A DNA stretch of 63,548 nucleotides, counting the filler, from a bacterium (lineage in GTDB: Bacteria > JAMORN01), in assembly GCA_027063545.1 (NCBI GenBank). It is 10 parts of 10 records of this genome, joined end to end, with 100 filler letters (N's around TTAATTAATTAA, not from the genome) between each part and the next. Parts side by side here need not be neighbours in the genome. Positions count along the whole stretch, not along the records: positions 7,654 to 15,139 come from JAMORN010000130.1; positions 15,240 to 22,699 come from JAMORN010000131.1; 8 more parts are not named here. The stretch is one strand, 5' to 3'. The stretch's first letter is position 1. Each line of letters starts with the position of its first letter. A program made the translations under genes and the position numbers. The notes beneath the pieces are model-generated. The model was not told where the DNA came from, did not search any database, and saw only the letters and a program-made list of their open reading frames with translations. This document shows, piece by piece, positions 10,249 to 19,756 of this stretch.

Positions 10249-11490
10249 ATGAGAAAAGATTTAATAAAAATTGGTATAATAATTATAATCTTATTCCTCC
10301 TTTCAACATATGCAGCTTTATATGCGCAACAAAATCAAGGCTTTATGAGAATAAAAGATATGGCTCATATTCAAGGATATAGTAAAGTAAAACTTATAGG
10401 GTATGGCCTTGTTGTTGGTCTTGATGGGACAGGAGATTCAAGAAGCGCAAGATTTACAATAAACTCTATTGCTAATATGCTTGCTAAATTTGGAATAGAA
10501 ATAGACTCTAAAAGACTCAGAACAAGAAATGTTGCTGCTGTTATGGTTACTGCAGAAATTAATCCTTTTATGAAAAAAGGAACACCTATTGATGTTACAA
10601 TATCTTCTATTGGAGATGCAAAAAGTTTAAAAGGTGGAACACTTCTTATGACTCCTCTTACAATAAATGGAGAGGATATTTATGCTGTTGCACAAGGCCC
10701 AACTTTTGTAGGTGGATATGAATATACCACACGAGATTTAGGATATTTAAAACACAATCATACTCTTGTTTCAAGAATTCCAAATGGTGCTGTATTAGTT
10801 AAAGAACTAAAATCTCCTTTAGAATCAATTAAAGATAGCTTTTATATTTATTTAAATAGACCTGACTTTACAAATGCTTTGAGGGTTGCAAATGCAATTA
10901 ATAATAATCTATCTCAAAATTATGGTGTTCAGTCTCTTGCTGAGGCTATTGATCCATCTACAATTTTAGTTAGAATACCACAAAACTATAATAATAAAGT
11001 GGGAATAATGAAATTAATTTCTGATATAGAAGGGCTTTATATAAACCCTGATACTGAAAATAAAATAGTTATTAACGAAAGAACAGGAACAATTGTTATT
11101 GGGGGTGATGTTAGAATTAGACCTGTTGCTATTGCTCATAGTAATTTATCTATAAGAATAGGTTCTCCAACAAAGATATATAGAAAAATGGTTAATGTTG
11201 CTCAAGGAGATATAAATGTAACTCCACAACTTACTACTGGTGATGTTATTCTAACAGATTCTTTAATCGTTAATGTTTCTGGTGGAAATGTAAATGTTAA
11301 TCCTACCCAAATCAATCAAGTAAATCCTAACAATCCAAGGGAAAAATTTATAAATCTTCCAGCAACAACAACTATTCAAGATTTAACAAACGCTTTAAAT
11401 CAATTAGGAGTAAAACCAAGAGATATTATAACAATTATTCAACTATTAAAAAATGCTGGAGCAATTAATGCAGAAATTGTTGTGATGTAG
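10249..11490 (+). CDS. flgI: Flagellar P-ring protein
   Basis: RIKD, LIGYGLVVGLDGTGD, NVAAVMVTA, GDAKSLKGGTLL, INERTGTIV. Confidence 0.96.
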   Translation: MRKDLIKIGIIIIILFLLSTYAALYAQQNQGFMRIKDMAHIQGYSKVKLIGYGLVVGLDGTGDSRSARFTINSIANMLAKFGIEIDSKRLRTRNVAAVMVTAEINPFMKKGTPIDVTISSIGDAKSLKGGTLLMTPLTINGEDIYAVAQGPTFVGGYEYTTRDLGYLKHNHTLVSRIPNGAVLVKELKSPLESIKDSFYIYLNRPDFTNALRVANAINNNLSQNYGVQSLAEAIDPSTILVRIPQNYNNKVGIMKLISDIEGLYINPDTENKIVINERTGTIVIGGDVRIRPVAIAHSNLSIRIGSPTKIYRKMVNVAQGDINVTPQLTTGDVILTDSLIVNVSGGNVNVNPTQINQVNPNNPREKFINLPATTTIQDLTNALNQLGVKPRDIITIIQLLKNAGAINAEIVVM

Positions 11491-11558
11491 ATTTCCCTCC
11501 CTTTTCCCTTCCCTCCCCAGATGACTTGGGAGTGTTTACTCTTAAAGTTGTCTGGGGA
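11491..11558 (+). promoter_or_regulatory. GC-rich intergenic element: C-rich tract plus long stem-loop between convergent flgI and recG
   Basis: TTTCCCTCCCTTTTCCCTTCCCTCCCC followed by a 20-bp stem (11514-11533 with 11538-11558; 4 G:U pairs, 1 bulge). Confidence 0.65.
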
Positions 11559-11575
11559 ATATCTATATTAATTTT

Positions 11576-13693
11576 TTATGCTTCAAGTCTTACTAATTTA
11601 TCCTTATACTCCTCTGCCAGATATTCAATTAAATCTGAAGAGAATCTCTTATCTTCTATAGATAAACTATCAAGATTCTTTATATACACCCTTATAAAAT
11701 CCTTGATCTTTGCTATTAAATTTCCATCTCTTATTAGATTTATAAATCTAAATTCAGTAAGACCAGATTGTCTTACACCTGTTAATTCTCCGGGTCCTCT
11801 TATTTTTAAATCCTCTTCTGCTATTTCAAAACCAGAATTTGTTTTTTCTAAAATATAAAGTCTTCTTAAAGAATCGGGAGAAATATTCTCTGAGGTTATT
11901 AAAAAACAATATGATTCATACTCCCCTCTTCCAACTCTACCTCTTAATTGATGAAGTTGAGAAAGACCAAACCTTTCAGCATTTTCAATAACCATTACTG
12001 TTGCATTTGGCACATCAATTCCAACTTCAATTACAGTTGTAGAAACAAGTATATCATATTTTTTATTTCTAAAATCATTTAAAATCCTTTCCTTTTCTTC
12101 ACTCTTCATTTTTCCATGAAGAAGCCCAACATTAAACTCTTTAAAAACAACCTCATTAAGCCTGTTTGCACTTTCTATTGCACTTTTTAAATTTAACCTT
12201 TCATTCTCTTCTATTAAAGGATAAATAAAATAAGCCTGTCTCCCCTTTTTTAATTCTTGTTTTAGAAAATTATAAACTTTTTCTATTTTATCTGATTTAA
12301 TAACATAAGTTTTTACTGGCTTTCTTCCCGGAGGCATCTCATCAATTATTGAAACATCCAAATCACCATAAAGGGTTTGGGTTAAGGTTCTTGGAATAGG
12401 CGTTGCTGTCATATAGATCAAATGTGGCTTAAAAGGTGCTTTTGAATGCTCTATTAGTTTACCTCTTTGCTCAACACCAAATCTATGCTGCTCATCTACA
12501 ATTGCAAGTGCTAAAGAAGAAAACTCAACATCATCTTCTATCAAAGCATGGGTTCCTATAACTATTGCTGGATCTCCATTTTTTAGAATTGTTTTTATTT
12601 TATCCTTTTCTTTCTTTTTTGTATCTCCTATTAATAAATAAATTGGGAAATTTTTTCCAAAAAGCATTGAGGTTAATTTTTGATAGTGCTGACGAGCTAA
12701 TACTTCTGTAGGAGCCATCATAACAGTTTGATAACCAAAAGATGTAAAAAGAATCATAAAGAAAAAAGCAACTGCAGTTTTTCCACTACCAACATCTCCT
12801 TGAATTAATCTATTTACAACCTTTCCATCTTTTATATCTTTTAGAATTTCAGAAACAACTCTTTTTTGTGCATTTGTAAATTCAAACGGGAAAAAAGAAT
12901 ATAAGTGTTTAACATCATTTTCTGTTATATCTATTCTAATACCTCTTGATAATTTATCCTTCTGGCGTTTATATTCAAGTAAAAACATTAAAGGATATAT
13001 CTCCTCAAATTTCATTCTAAGAATAGCTTTTTTGTAATTTTCTCTATCTGTGGGAAAATGAAGTTCTTTTAAAGATTCATATAAGGGTAAAAATTTTATT
13101 ACCTTTAAAAAACTCTCTGGTAAATACTCAGTTATTTCATCCTTAACATAATCAAGGGCTGTTTTTATTATTTTTGAAAGAAATTTAGAATCTATGGAAA
13201 AAGATTTCATCTTATCAGTTATTCTATATACTGGATAAATACCTGTTTTCTCCTTTAATTCTTCATCAGAAAAAACCTTTTCAAACTCTGGATGAACAAT
13301 CTGCCACATATTAAACATATAATGAGCCTTACCTGATGCTATAATCTTATCACCTATTTGAAAAAAATTTTTAAGCCATGAGGAATATTTGAAAAATATT
13401 AAACTTATAAAAAAATTTTCACAATAAAGAAGTACTCTTAAACGTTTAGTATTTTTTCCAATCTCTTCAACTGACTGAACCTCTCCAAATACAGTTATAT
13501 ATTTATTCTCCTCTATTGTTTGATAGGTATCTAAATTAGACCTATCTATATATGTTTTTGGAAAATAAAGTAGAATATCACCAATAGTATAAAAGCCCAG
13601 CTTGTTAAACTGGGCTTTTCTTTTTTTTCCTATACCTTTAAGATTATCAATTGGCTCTTTTAAAACAGGATAAAACCTTTCAAAATAGAACAT
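11576..13693 (-). CDS. recG: ATP-dependent DNA helicase RecG
   Basis: QGDVGSGKT, DEQHRFGV.QR, TATPIPRTL, QLHQLRGRVGRG, DL.IRGPGE. Confidence 0.97.
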   Translation of the reverse strand: MFYFERFYPVLKEPIDNLKGIGKKRKAQFNKLGFYTIGDILLYFPKTYIDRSNLDTYQTIEENKYITVFGEVQSVEEIGKNTKRLRVLLYCENFFISLIFFKYSSWLKNFFQIGDKIIASGKAHYMFNMWQIVHPEFEKVFSDEELKEKTGIYPVYRITDKMKSFSIDSKFLSKIIKTALDYVKDEITEYLPESFLKVIKFLPLYESLKELHFPTDRENYKKAILRMKFEEIYPLMFLLEYKRQKDKLSRGIRIDITENDVKHLYSFFPFEFTNAQKRVVSEILKDIKDGKVVNRLIQGDVGSGKTAVAFFFMILFTSFGYQTVMMAPTEVLARQHYQKLTSMLFGKNFPIYLLIGDTKKKEKDKIKTILKNGDPAIVIGTHALIEDDVEFSSLALAIVDEQHRFGVEQRGKLIEHSKAPFKPHLIYMTATPIPRTLTQTLYGDLDVSIIDEMPPGRKPVKTYVIKSDKIEKVYNFLKQELKKGRQAYFIYPLIEENERLNLKSAIESANRLNEVVFKEFNVGLLHGKMKSEEKERILNDFRNKKYDILVSTTVIEVGIDVPNATVMVIENAERFGLSQLHQLRGRVGRGEYESYCFLITSENISPDSLRRLYILEKTNSGFEIAEEDLKIRGPGELTGVRQSGLTEFRFINLIRDGNLIAKIKDFIRVYIKNLDSLSIEDKRFSSDLIEYLAEEYKDKLVRLEA
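13591..13619. terminator. Intrinsic-terminator-like hairpin inside the 5' end of recG
   Basis: AAAAGCCCAG-9nt-CTGGGCTTTT perfect 10-bp inverted repeat with T runs on both strands, about 90 nt after the recA stop. Confidence 0.55.
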
Positions 13694-13706
13694 AAAAGAA
13701 TATTAT

Positions 13707-14756
13707 CTATTGTTCCTTTTCTACCTTATTAGAATCGTTTTGCTCTTCCTCTTCTAAGCCTAAATATATCCTCACACTTCTATAAATCTCTTCAAAAATA
13801 TCTGGATGATTTTTCATAAATTCTATAGCATTATCCTTTCCTTGGCCTAATTTTTCGTTTTTATATGAATACCAAGAGCCACTTTTATCTACAATTCCTG
13901 CTTCTACAGCAATATTTAATACATCACTATAAACCGAAAAACCTTCGCCATATATAACATCAACACTTGTTTGTCTGAATGGAGCAGCAAGTTTATTTTT
14001 TACTACCTTTATTGTTACTGTATCACCTAAAACTGCATCATTCTTTTTTAGTGTTTGAGATTTCTTTTTTAACTCAATTCTTATTGAAGCATAAAACTTT
14101 AAAGCATTACCTCCTGTTGTTACCTCTGGATTTCCAAACATCACGCCAACTTTGGATCTTAATTGATTTATAAATATCATACAAGTTTTTGATTTATTTA
14201 CAGAAGAGGTTAATTTTCTTAAAGCCTGAGACATAAGCCTTGCTTGTAGAGCAATGTTAGCATCACCCATATCACCTTCCAACTCTGCTCTTGGCACCAA
14301 GGCTGCAACTGAATCTATTATTATAACATCTATTGCTCCACTTCTAACAAGTGTTTCTGCTATTTCAAGAGCCTGCTCTCCATAATCAGGTTGGGAAACT
14401 AAAAGAGAATCAATATCAATACCTAAAGCTTTGGCATAATTTGGATCAAAAGCATGTTCTGCATCAATAAAAGCAGCCACACCACCTTGTTTTTGAGCCT
14501 GAGCAACTACATGAAGCGCTAAGGTTGTTTTTCCTGAAGATTCATTACCATATATCTCAATTATTCTACCCCTTGGCATTCCACCAATTCCTAAAATAGC
14601 ATCTACTGAAGGAATCCCTGTTGGTATAACCTCTGTTTGAGTGTGAGCCTTTTCCCCTAAAGCCATTATAGAGCCTTTTCCATAGGCCTTTTCTATTTGA
14701 CTAATAACAGATTCTATTGCTTTTTTCTTATTTTTGTCTATATTTTCAAATGGCAT
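13707..14756 (-). CDS. recA: Recombinase A
   Basis: [48 protein letters not shown]. Confidence 0.99.
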   Translation of the reverse strand: MPFENIDKNKKKAIESVISQIEKAYGKGSIMALGEKAHTQTEVIPTGIPSVDAILGIGGMPRGRIIEIYGNESSGKTTLALHVVAQAQKQGGVAAFIDAEHAFDPNYAKALGIDIDSLLVSQPDYGEQALEIAETLVRSGAIDVIIIDSVAALVPRAELEGDMGDANIALQARLMSQALRKLTSSVNKSKTCMIFINQLRSKVGVMFGNPEVTTGGNALKFYASIRIELKKKSQTLKKNDAVLGDTVTIKVVKNKLAAPFRQTSVDVIYGEGFSVYSDVLNIAVEAGIVDKSGSWYSYKNEKLGQGKDNAIEFMKNHPDIFEEIYRSVRIYLGLEEEEQNDSNKVEKEQ

Positions 14757-14849
14757 AGATTTACCTCCCTATCTTTAATTATTGAATTTATAAAAAAATA
14801 AAATAGGTTGGGTATATTTTCAAGAAAGAATTTTTTGTGAAAACAATAA

Positions 14850-15139
14850 TTAAAATAAATAAGTGTCTAATTCATTATATATTCTATCAAGTTCTTTTTT
14901 GAGTCTTGGATCTTTTTTATCTAACCAACCTTTATCAAACCAATAATGATAAGAAGTATGGACAATATTCCAACCTGCTCTTTTTAAAACCTTAATTCTT
15001 TCAATATGTTCATCTACTAGATATTTTCCTGTTTCATCAAAATGATTTTTACCATCAACTTCTATTGCCACATATTTTTTATTATTTGTGTTATATAATA
15101 CAAAATCTAATCTATATTTATTAACTGTTTTAACTTGAT
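14850..15139 (-). CDS. Vsr/DUF559-like (PD-(D/E)xK) endonuclease domain, C-terminal fragment of a 5'-truncated gene
   Basis: Frame extends to the contig edge: QVKTVNKYRLDFVL...VAIEVDGKNHF...R..VLKRAGWNI. Confidence 0.75.
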
Positions 15140-15239
15140 NNNNNNNNNNNNNNNNNNNNNNNNNNNNNNNNNNNNNNNNNNNNTTAATTAATTAANNNNN
15201 NNNNNNNNNNNNNNNNNNNNNNNNNNNNNNNNNNNNNNN
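15140..15239. other. Artificial contig linker
   Basis: N run with TTAATTAATTAA. Confidence 0.99.
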
Positions 15240-15430
15240 GTAAAATAAGCTCCAAAATCAAAAAAATCTATATCTGAAAAGTGATCTTTAATCTCAAAAT
15301 TTAAATCTCTTTCCAAACCAAAACCAGTACCTATAATAAATTCATTACCTATATCTTGAATAATATCCTGACTATATAAATAACTCTGTAGAAAAAACAT
15401 AAAAATTATTAGATTTAATATTACTCTCAT
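15240..15430 (-). CDS. Hypothetical exported protein (3' truncated)
   Basis: Signal-peptide-like start; follows the HD gene on the same strand. Confidence 0.55.
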
Positions 15431-15441
15431 AAACCTGAAAT

Positions 15442-16059
15442 CTATAGGTAATCTAATATTTTTATATCATCTAATAAAGAATAATCTAATTTCTTTGTTT
15501 CTTCTCCATTATAATCAATCTCAAATCCATGTTCTACCAAATAATTATGTTGATCTATCATTCTTTTGGCGTAATCTTCTCCTATTTCTTTTAAGTATCT
15601 TTTTATTGGAAAAATAACATCTTTAATCTTATCTCCTTTAACCCTATTATCAGCATAAGAAACAATTATCTCCTCTATGGTTATAGGAACATAATTATCT
15701 AATTTCATTGGTAATTTTTGCTTTTTTATATCTTCCTCTGTAATTCCTACTCCAACATGATTTCTGGCAATCATTGCTATTTTTTCATCAATCCCTTCTT
15801 TTAAAAGAATTTCATATCCTTTAACCCCATGATTTATTGAATTTATATCCCCTAATTTATACAAAGCCCTTGCAATATCATGTAGTAGAGCTCCTCTTGA
15901 AATAATCTCTAAATCAATATCATCTTTTATTTGTTCTGCTATAAATAAAGAAAGCTTTTCTACAGCCAATACATGAGATAAAATTATCTCAAAAAATTCT
16001 TTTGTATATTTTTTTAATAACTCAATTGCTTCTTTCCTTGATGGTATATATCCATTCAT
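15442..16059 (-). CDS. HD-domain phosphohydrolase (HDIG, TIGR00295-like)
   Basis: SH..AV, GALLHDIA, HG..G, NHVGVGI, YADN. Confidence 0.85.
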   Translation of the reverse strand: MNGYIPSRKEAIELLKKYTKEFFEIILSHVLAVEKLSLFIAEQIKDDIDLEIISRGALLHDIARALYKLGDINSINHGVKGYEILLKEGIDEKIAMIARNHVGVGITEEDIKKQKLPMKLDNYVPITIEEIIVSYADNRVKGDKIKDVIFPIKRYLKEIGEDYAKRMIDQHNYLVEHGFEIDYNGEETKKLDYSLLDDIKILDYL

Positions 16060-17711
16060 ATCTTATACCTCACACTTCTTAATCTATGTAATGCAAATAT
16101 TATTTCATATTTTCTTGGTAAGATATAGCTTGGAGAATCTTTAACTAATAAATTTTCGAAATTGTTTATTTTAATATCTTCCAAAAATTTCTCTACCATA
16201 TCAACAATATTATATTTTTTTCCATACTTTTTATAACTTAAATATACTATCTCTCCTATAGTTTTTAATTGATTTGAAGAAATAATAGTTTCTATTTTAG
16301 ATGTATCAATACTATAATTACCAAAAATAATTGTAGTTTTATCTTTAGATTTAATCTTTATTTTCTTTCCTTTATAAGGATTTATTACATTCTCTTTGAG
16401 TCTTCTAGGAGAAATTATATAAAAGTCTTCATAATTATAATTTTTAATATTAGAATTTTTAGTCTTAAAAAAATCTTTTACTTTTATAGTAATATCCTCC
16501 ATCTTATATTCCCTCATCAGAAAAACTCTGTCTGCAACCTTAAGATATTCTCCTACACCTCCTGTTATTATAATAGATGAAATCTTATATTTTTCATATA
16601 TTTCTCTAACCCTGTACAAAAAAGGAATAATAGGCTCTATATCATGAGTAATAAAATTTGAAATTATCTCATCCTTTACCATAAAATTTGTTGCTGAAGT
16701 ATCCTCATCTATTAATATAAATCTACTTCCAGCTTCCAGTGCCTCAATTATATTAGCCGCCTGGGATGTTGAACCACTACTATCTAAAGTATAAAATCTC
16801 TTTGTATCTTTACCATAGGGTAAATTTCTTATAAAAGGAGATATATCCAGATCAGCTACATATCTTCCATCTTCTGCTCTAATCTTAACAGCATCATCTC
16901 TAGTTATAACAAATTCTCTACCATCACCTTTTATATGATTATAAATCCCTGCTTCTATAGCTTCTAATAAAGTAGTTTTACCATGAAATCCTCCGCCTGT
17001 AATAATATTAACTCCTTCCTTTATTAAAGCTCCTCTTATTATGTTACCTGAAGGTAATTTAATTTCAACTTCAATAGAAGAAGGAGATATAAATTTTATA
17101 GCATTTTTTAAAGGTTTATCTGAAATTCCAGATTCTCTAGGTAATATTGAACCATTGGCTATAAATACTAAAGCATTATTTTTCTTTAAAAAGTCTCTTA
17201 TAAATTGTTGATCTAAATAAAGTTCTATATGCTTATTTAATTTATCTTTATCTAATGAATCATAAAATAATGAATTCTGAACAATTTTAGGGAGGTTATT
17301 TAAAATTATCTTTATAGCTTCATTTGCTAATATTCTTCTTCCTTTTGCTGGAAGTTGTATATTTATTTTAAATACTAAAGTATCATCATTATCAAAAAAA
17401 CCTATACTTCTGTATAATACTTTCTGAAGAGGCTTAGGTACAATTATATTTTTATCATTTATATTCCGGAAAAATTCTCTATGTAAATAATCAATTAAAG
17501 CAACCCTTTTATCAAAACTATCTCTTAATTGTAAGGGTATATTATGAGACTTTACCTTTATTATTGCTGCTGAAGGTGGAGCATATGGGTCTGATTGTAT
17601 ATGACTAAAAAATATGGAAAAATCTTTAAAATAAAATTCTTTTTTTTCTAAAATTTTATAATGTTTATATCCTTTAAAATCTATGTTCAATAGTATATCT
17701 TTTAGCTTCAT
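16056..17711 (-). CDS. ABC-ATPase domain protein (COG3044-like)
   Basis: HIQSDPYAPPS, GGGFHGKTTLL, RAEDGR, SGSTSQAANI, DEDTSATNFM. Confidence 0.88.
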   Translation of the reverse strand: MKLKDILLNIDFKGYKHYKILEKKEFYFKDFSIFFSHIQSDPYAPPSAAIIKVKSHNIPLQLRDSFDKRVALIDYLHREFFRNINDKNIIVPKPLQKVLYRSIGFFDNDDTLVFKINIQLPAKGRRILANEAIKIILNNLPKIVQNSLFYDSLDKDKLNKHIELYLDQQFIRDFLKKNNALVFIANGSILPRESGISDKPLKNAIKFISPSSIEVEIKLPSGNIIRGALIKEGVNIITGGGFHGKTTLLEAIEAGIYNHIKGDGREFVITRDDAVKIRAEDGRYVADLDISPFIRNLPYGKDTKRFYTLDSSGSTSQAANIIEALEAGSRFILIDEDTSATNFMVKDEIISNFITHDIEPIIPFLYRVREIYEKYKISSIIITGGVGEYLKVADRVFLMREYKMEDITIKVKDFFKTKNSNIKNYNYEDFYIISPRRLKENVINPYKGKKIKIKSKDKTTIIFGNYSIDTSKIETIISSNQLKTIGEIVYLSYKKYGKKYNIVDMVEKFLEDIKINNFENLLVKDSPSYILPRKYEIIFALHRLRSVRYKI

Positions 17712-17734
17712 ACTTTTACTCCTTTCACAATGCT

Positions 17735-18858
17735 TTACTTATCTATAAGAATCAATAAATTTATCATTGTATTAATAATATTATCCTTTGTTTTTGAGAT
17801 AGCTTCTTCTAAACTTAAAGGTTCGTTTAATATAGAAAAAATAGAAACATTATCCTTTAATAAATCTTCTGTATAATCTACAGCTCCAGATAATACTACT
17901 ACCTTTTTATTAAGGGATTTTCCCTCTTGAGCCAATTTTCCTATTACTTTATGAAATAAAGATTGAAAATCTGTCCTACCCTCTCCTGTAATTAATATAT
18001 CTGAACTTTCAAGTTTTTCTCTAATATAAAGTCTATTCCAAAAATAAGTTCTGATTTTTCTAGCATTGAAAAACCCCAAGAAATACCACCTGCTACTCCC
18101 ATTTTTTCTTTAGTATAATTTCCCTGTTTATTAAAAGCCTTTTCTACAAGTCTTACAATTCTACTAGCATCCTTTTCCAATCTAGAAAGTTCCTCTTGTT
18201 TTACACCTTTTTGAGGAGCATAAATTAAAAGTCCTCCATTTTCTCCTAATAAAGGATTATTAACATCACAAAAAATCTTTATTTTTGGTAATTTTTCTAT
18301 ATTTTCCTTGACTATCTCAATCTCCTCTACCTTATTCCAAACAATAGGGGTAATATTTGTTACCTCTCCAAATTTCCATAAAAACCTTACAACCTCAAGT
18401 CCTTCTAATATTCCAAGTCCTAAATCAACAGTTGTACTACCCCCTAACCCTATATATATTTTTTCAACATCTAAATTTTCAATGACCTTTTTTATTAATA
18501 TACCTATACCTTTAGAAGAATAATAAAATGGCTTTCTTTCATCTACCTTTTTATAATGTATACCTATAACTCTGGCTGATTCGATAACTACGATTTTTTC
18601 ATCCCTATAATACAATACTTCAGCTTCTATTTTATCAAATTCAAAATCAATAGTTTCAAATTTTATAATCTCACCTTTTTTATGAAAATTAAATACCTCT
18701 AAAAATCCTTCTCCCCCATCACTCACAGGAAACATTTCATAATCTATCTCTCTATTATATAAGAGATTATATTTTTTTATTGCTTCTTTTATTATATTAG
18801 AAACTTCAATGGTAGAATAAACACCTTTATAACTATCTGGAGCTATTAACACTTTCAT
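17735..18858 (-). pseudogene. garK: Glycerate kinase split by a frameshift near 18015
   Basis: N-part has IAPDSYKG, DGGEG, GLGGS.T.D.G, DV.NPL.G..G and APQKG; C-part in another frame has ITGEGR.D.QS..K. Confidence 0.85.
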
Positions 18859-18872
18859 TACTACTCCTCCTT

Positions 18873-19754
18873 TTATTTATAATAAACATTTATAGAACTT
18901 TCTTCTGTATAATATTTCTTTATATTTATATCTAAATATTTAAAAAAACTATCCATTAAATCATCTATTAAAATATCCATAAATTTCTTTTTTTTCTTCA
19001 TTTTATATATCTTCAACTCTTTCCCTACAACTTTTTCAGCAATATCAACGGCATCGTAAAAATTGCCAATTTTATCAATAAATCCTAGTTTTAAAGCCTG
19101 AGTTCCTGTAATAACTCTTCCGTCTGCATATTTTTTTAAGGTATCAAGTTCTATTCTTCCTTTTCTAGAACTATATACATCATCAAGAAAATCTTGATAT
19201 GTTATATTAACAAGATTCTGTAAGTACTCTCTTTCTTCTTTTGACAACTCTCTAAATGGATTTCCCACATCTTTAAATTTTCCTGTTTTTATAACCTCTG
19301 TTTTAATCCCTATTTTATCAAAAAGCTTCTTATATTGTTGAAGAAACATAATAACCCCTATAGATCCTATTAAAGAACCTTTATTTGCTACTATACTATC
19401 ACACGCAGAGGCTACATAATAAGCCCCACTTGCTGCTATATTTTCAATTGAGCATATCACAGGCTTTTTCTCTTTTACTCTTATAATTTCTCTATATATT
19501 TCCTGCGAAGCTCCTACAGCCCCTCCAGGAGAATTTATTCTTATAATAATAGCTTTTATATTATCATCATCTTTAGCTTCTTCTAATTTTTCTATTATCT
19601 TTTGAGAGGTAATTATATCACCCATTAAATCTATTACTGCTACCTTATCTGCTGTATCTTTTACATCCGTTATTTTAATCTCTTTTTTATCTGAAAAAAA
19701 TATTTTGTAAACTATTACTATAAGTATTAACCCCCAAAATAATTTCTTTAACAT
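18873..19754 (-). CDS. sppA: Signal peptide peptidase (36K type)
   Basis: RINSPGG, AASGAYY, GSIGV, KTGKFKD, ADGRV.TG.QA. Confidence 0.94.
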   Translation of the reverse strand: MLKKLFWGLILIVIVYKIFFSDKKEIKITDVKDTADKVAVIDLMGDIITSQKIIEKLEEAKDDDNIKAIIIRINSPGGAVGASQEIYREIIRVKEKKPVICSIENIAASGAYYVASACDSIVANKGSLIGSIGVIMFLQQYKKLFDKIGIKTEVIKTGKFKDVGNPFRELSKEEREYLQNLVNITYQDFLDDVYSSRKGRIELDTLKKYADGRVITGTQALKLGFIDKIGNFYDAVDIAEKVVGKELKIYKMKKKKKFMDILIDDLMDSFFKYLDINIKKYYTEESSINVYYK

Positions 19755-19756
19755 TT

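Noticed and set aside
11526-11858. 110-aa plus-strand ORF and other short antisense ORFs in the track (e.g. 4557-4880, 32175-32495, 46425-46712, 50286-50591)
   Set aside because: Shadow ORFs opposite well-supported genes, with F/S/L-rich antisense composition and no recognisable motifs.
15442-16059. Archaeal-like HD protein as a horizontal transfer
   Set aside because: The family also occurs in many bacteria; this cannot be supported without a phylogeny.
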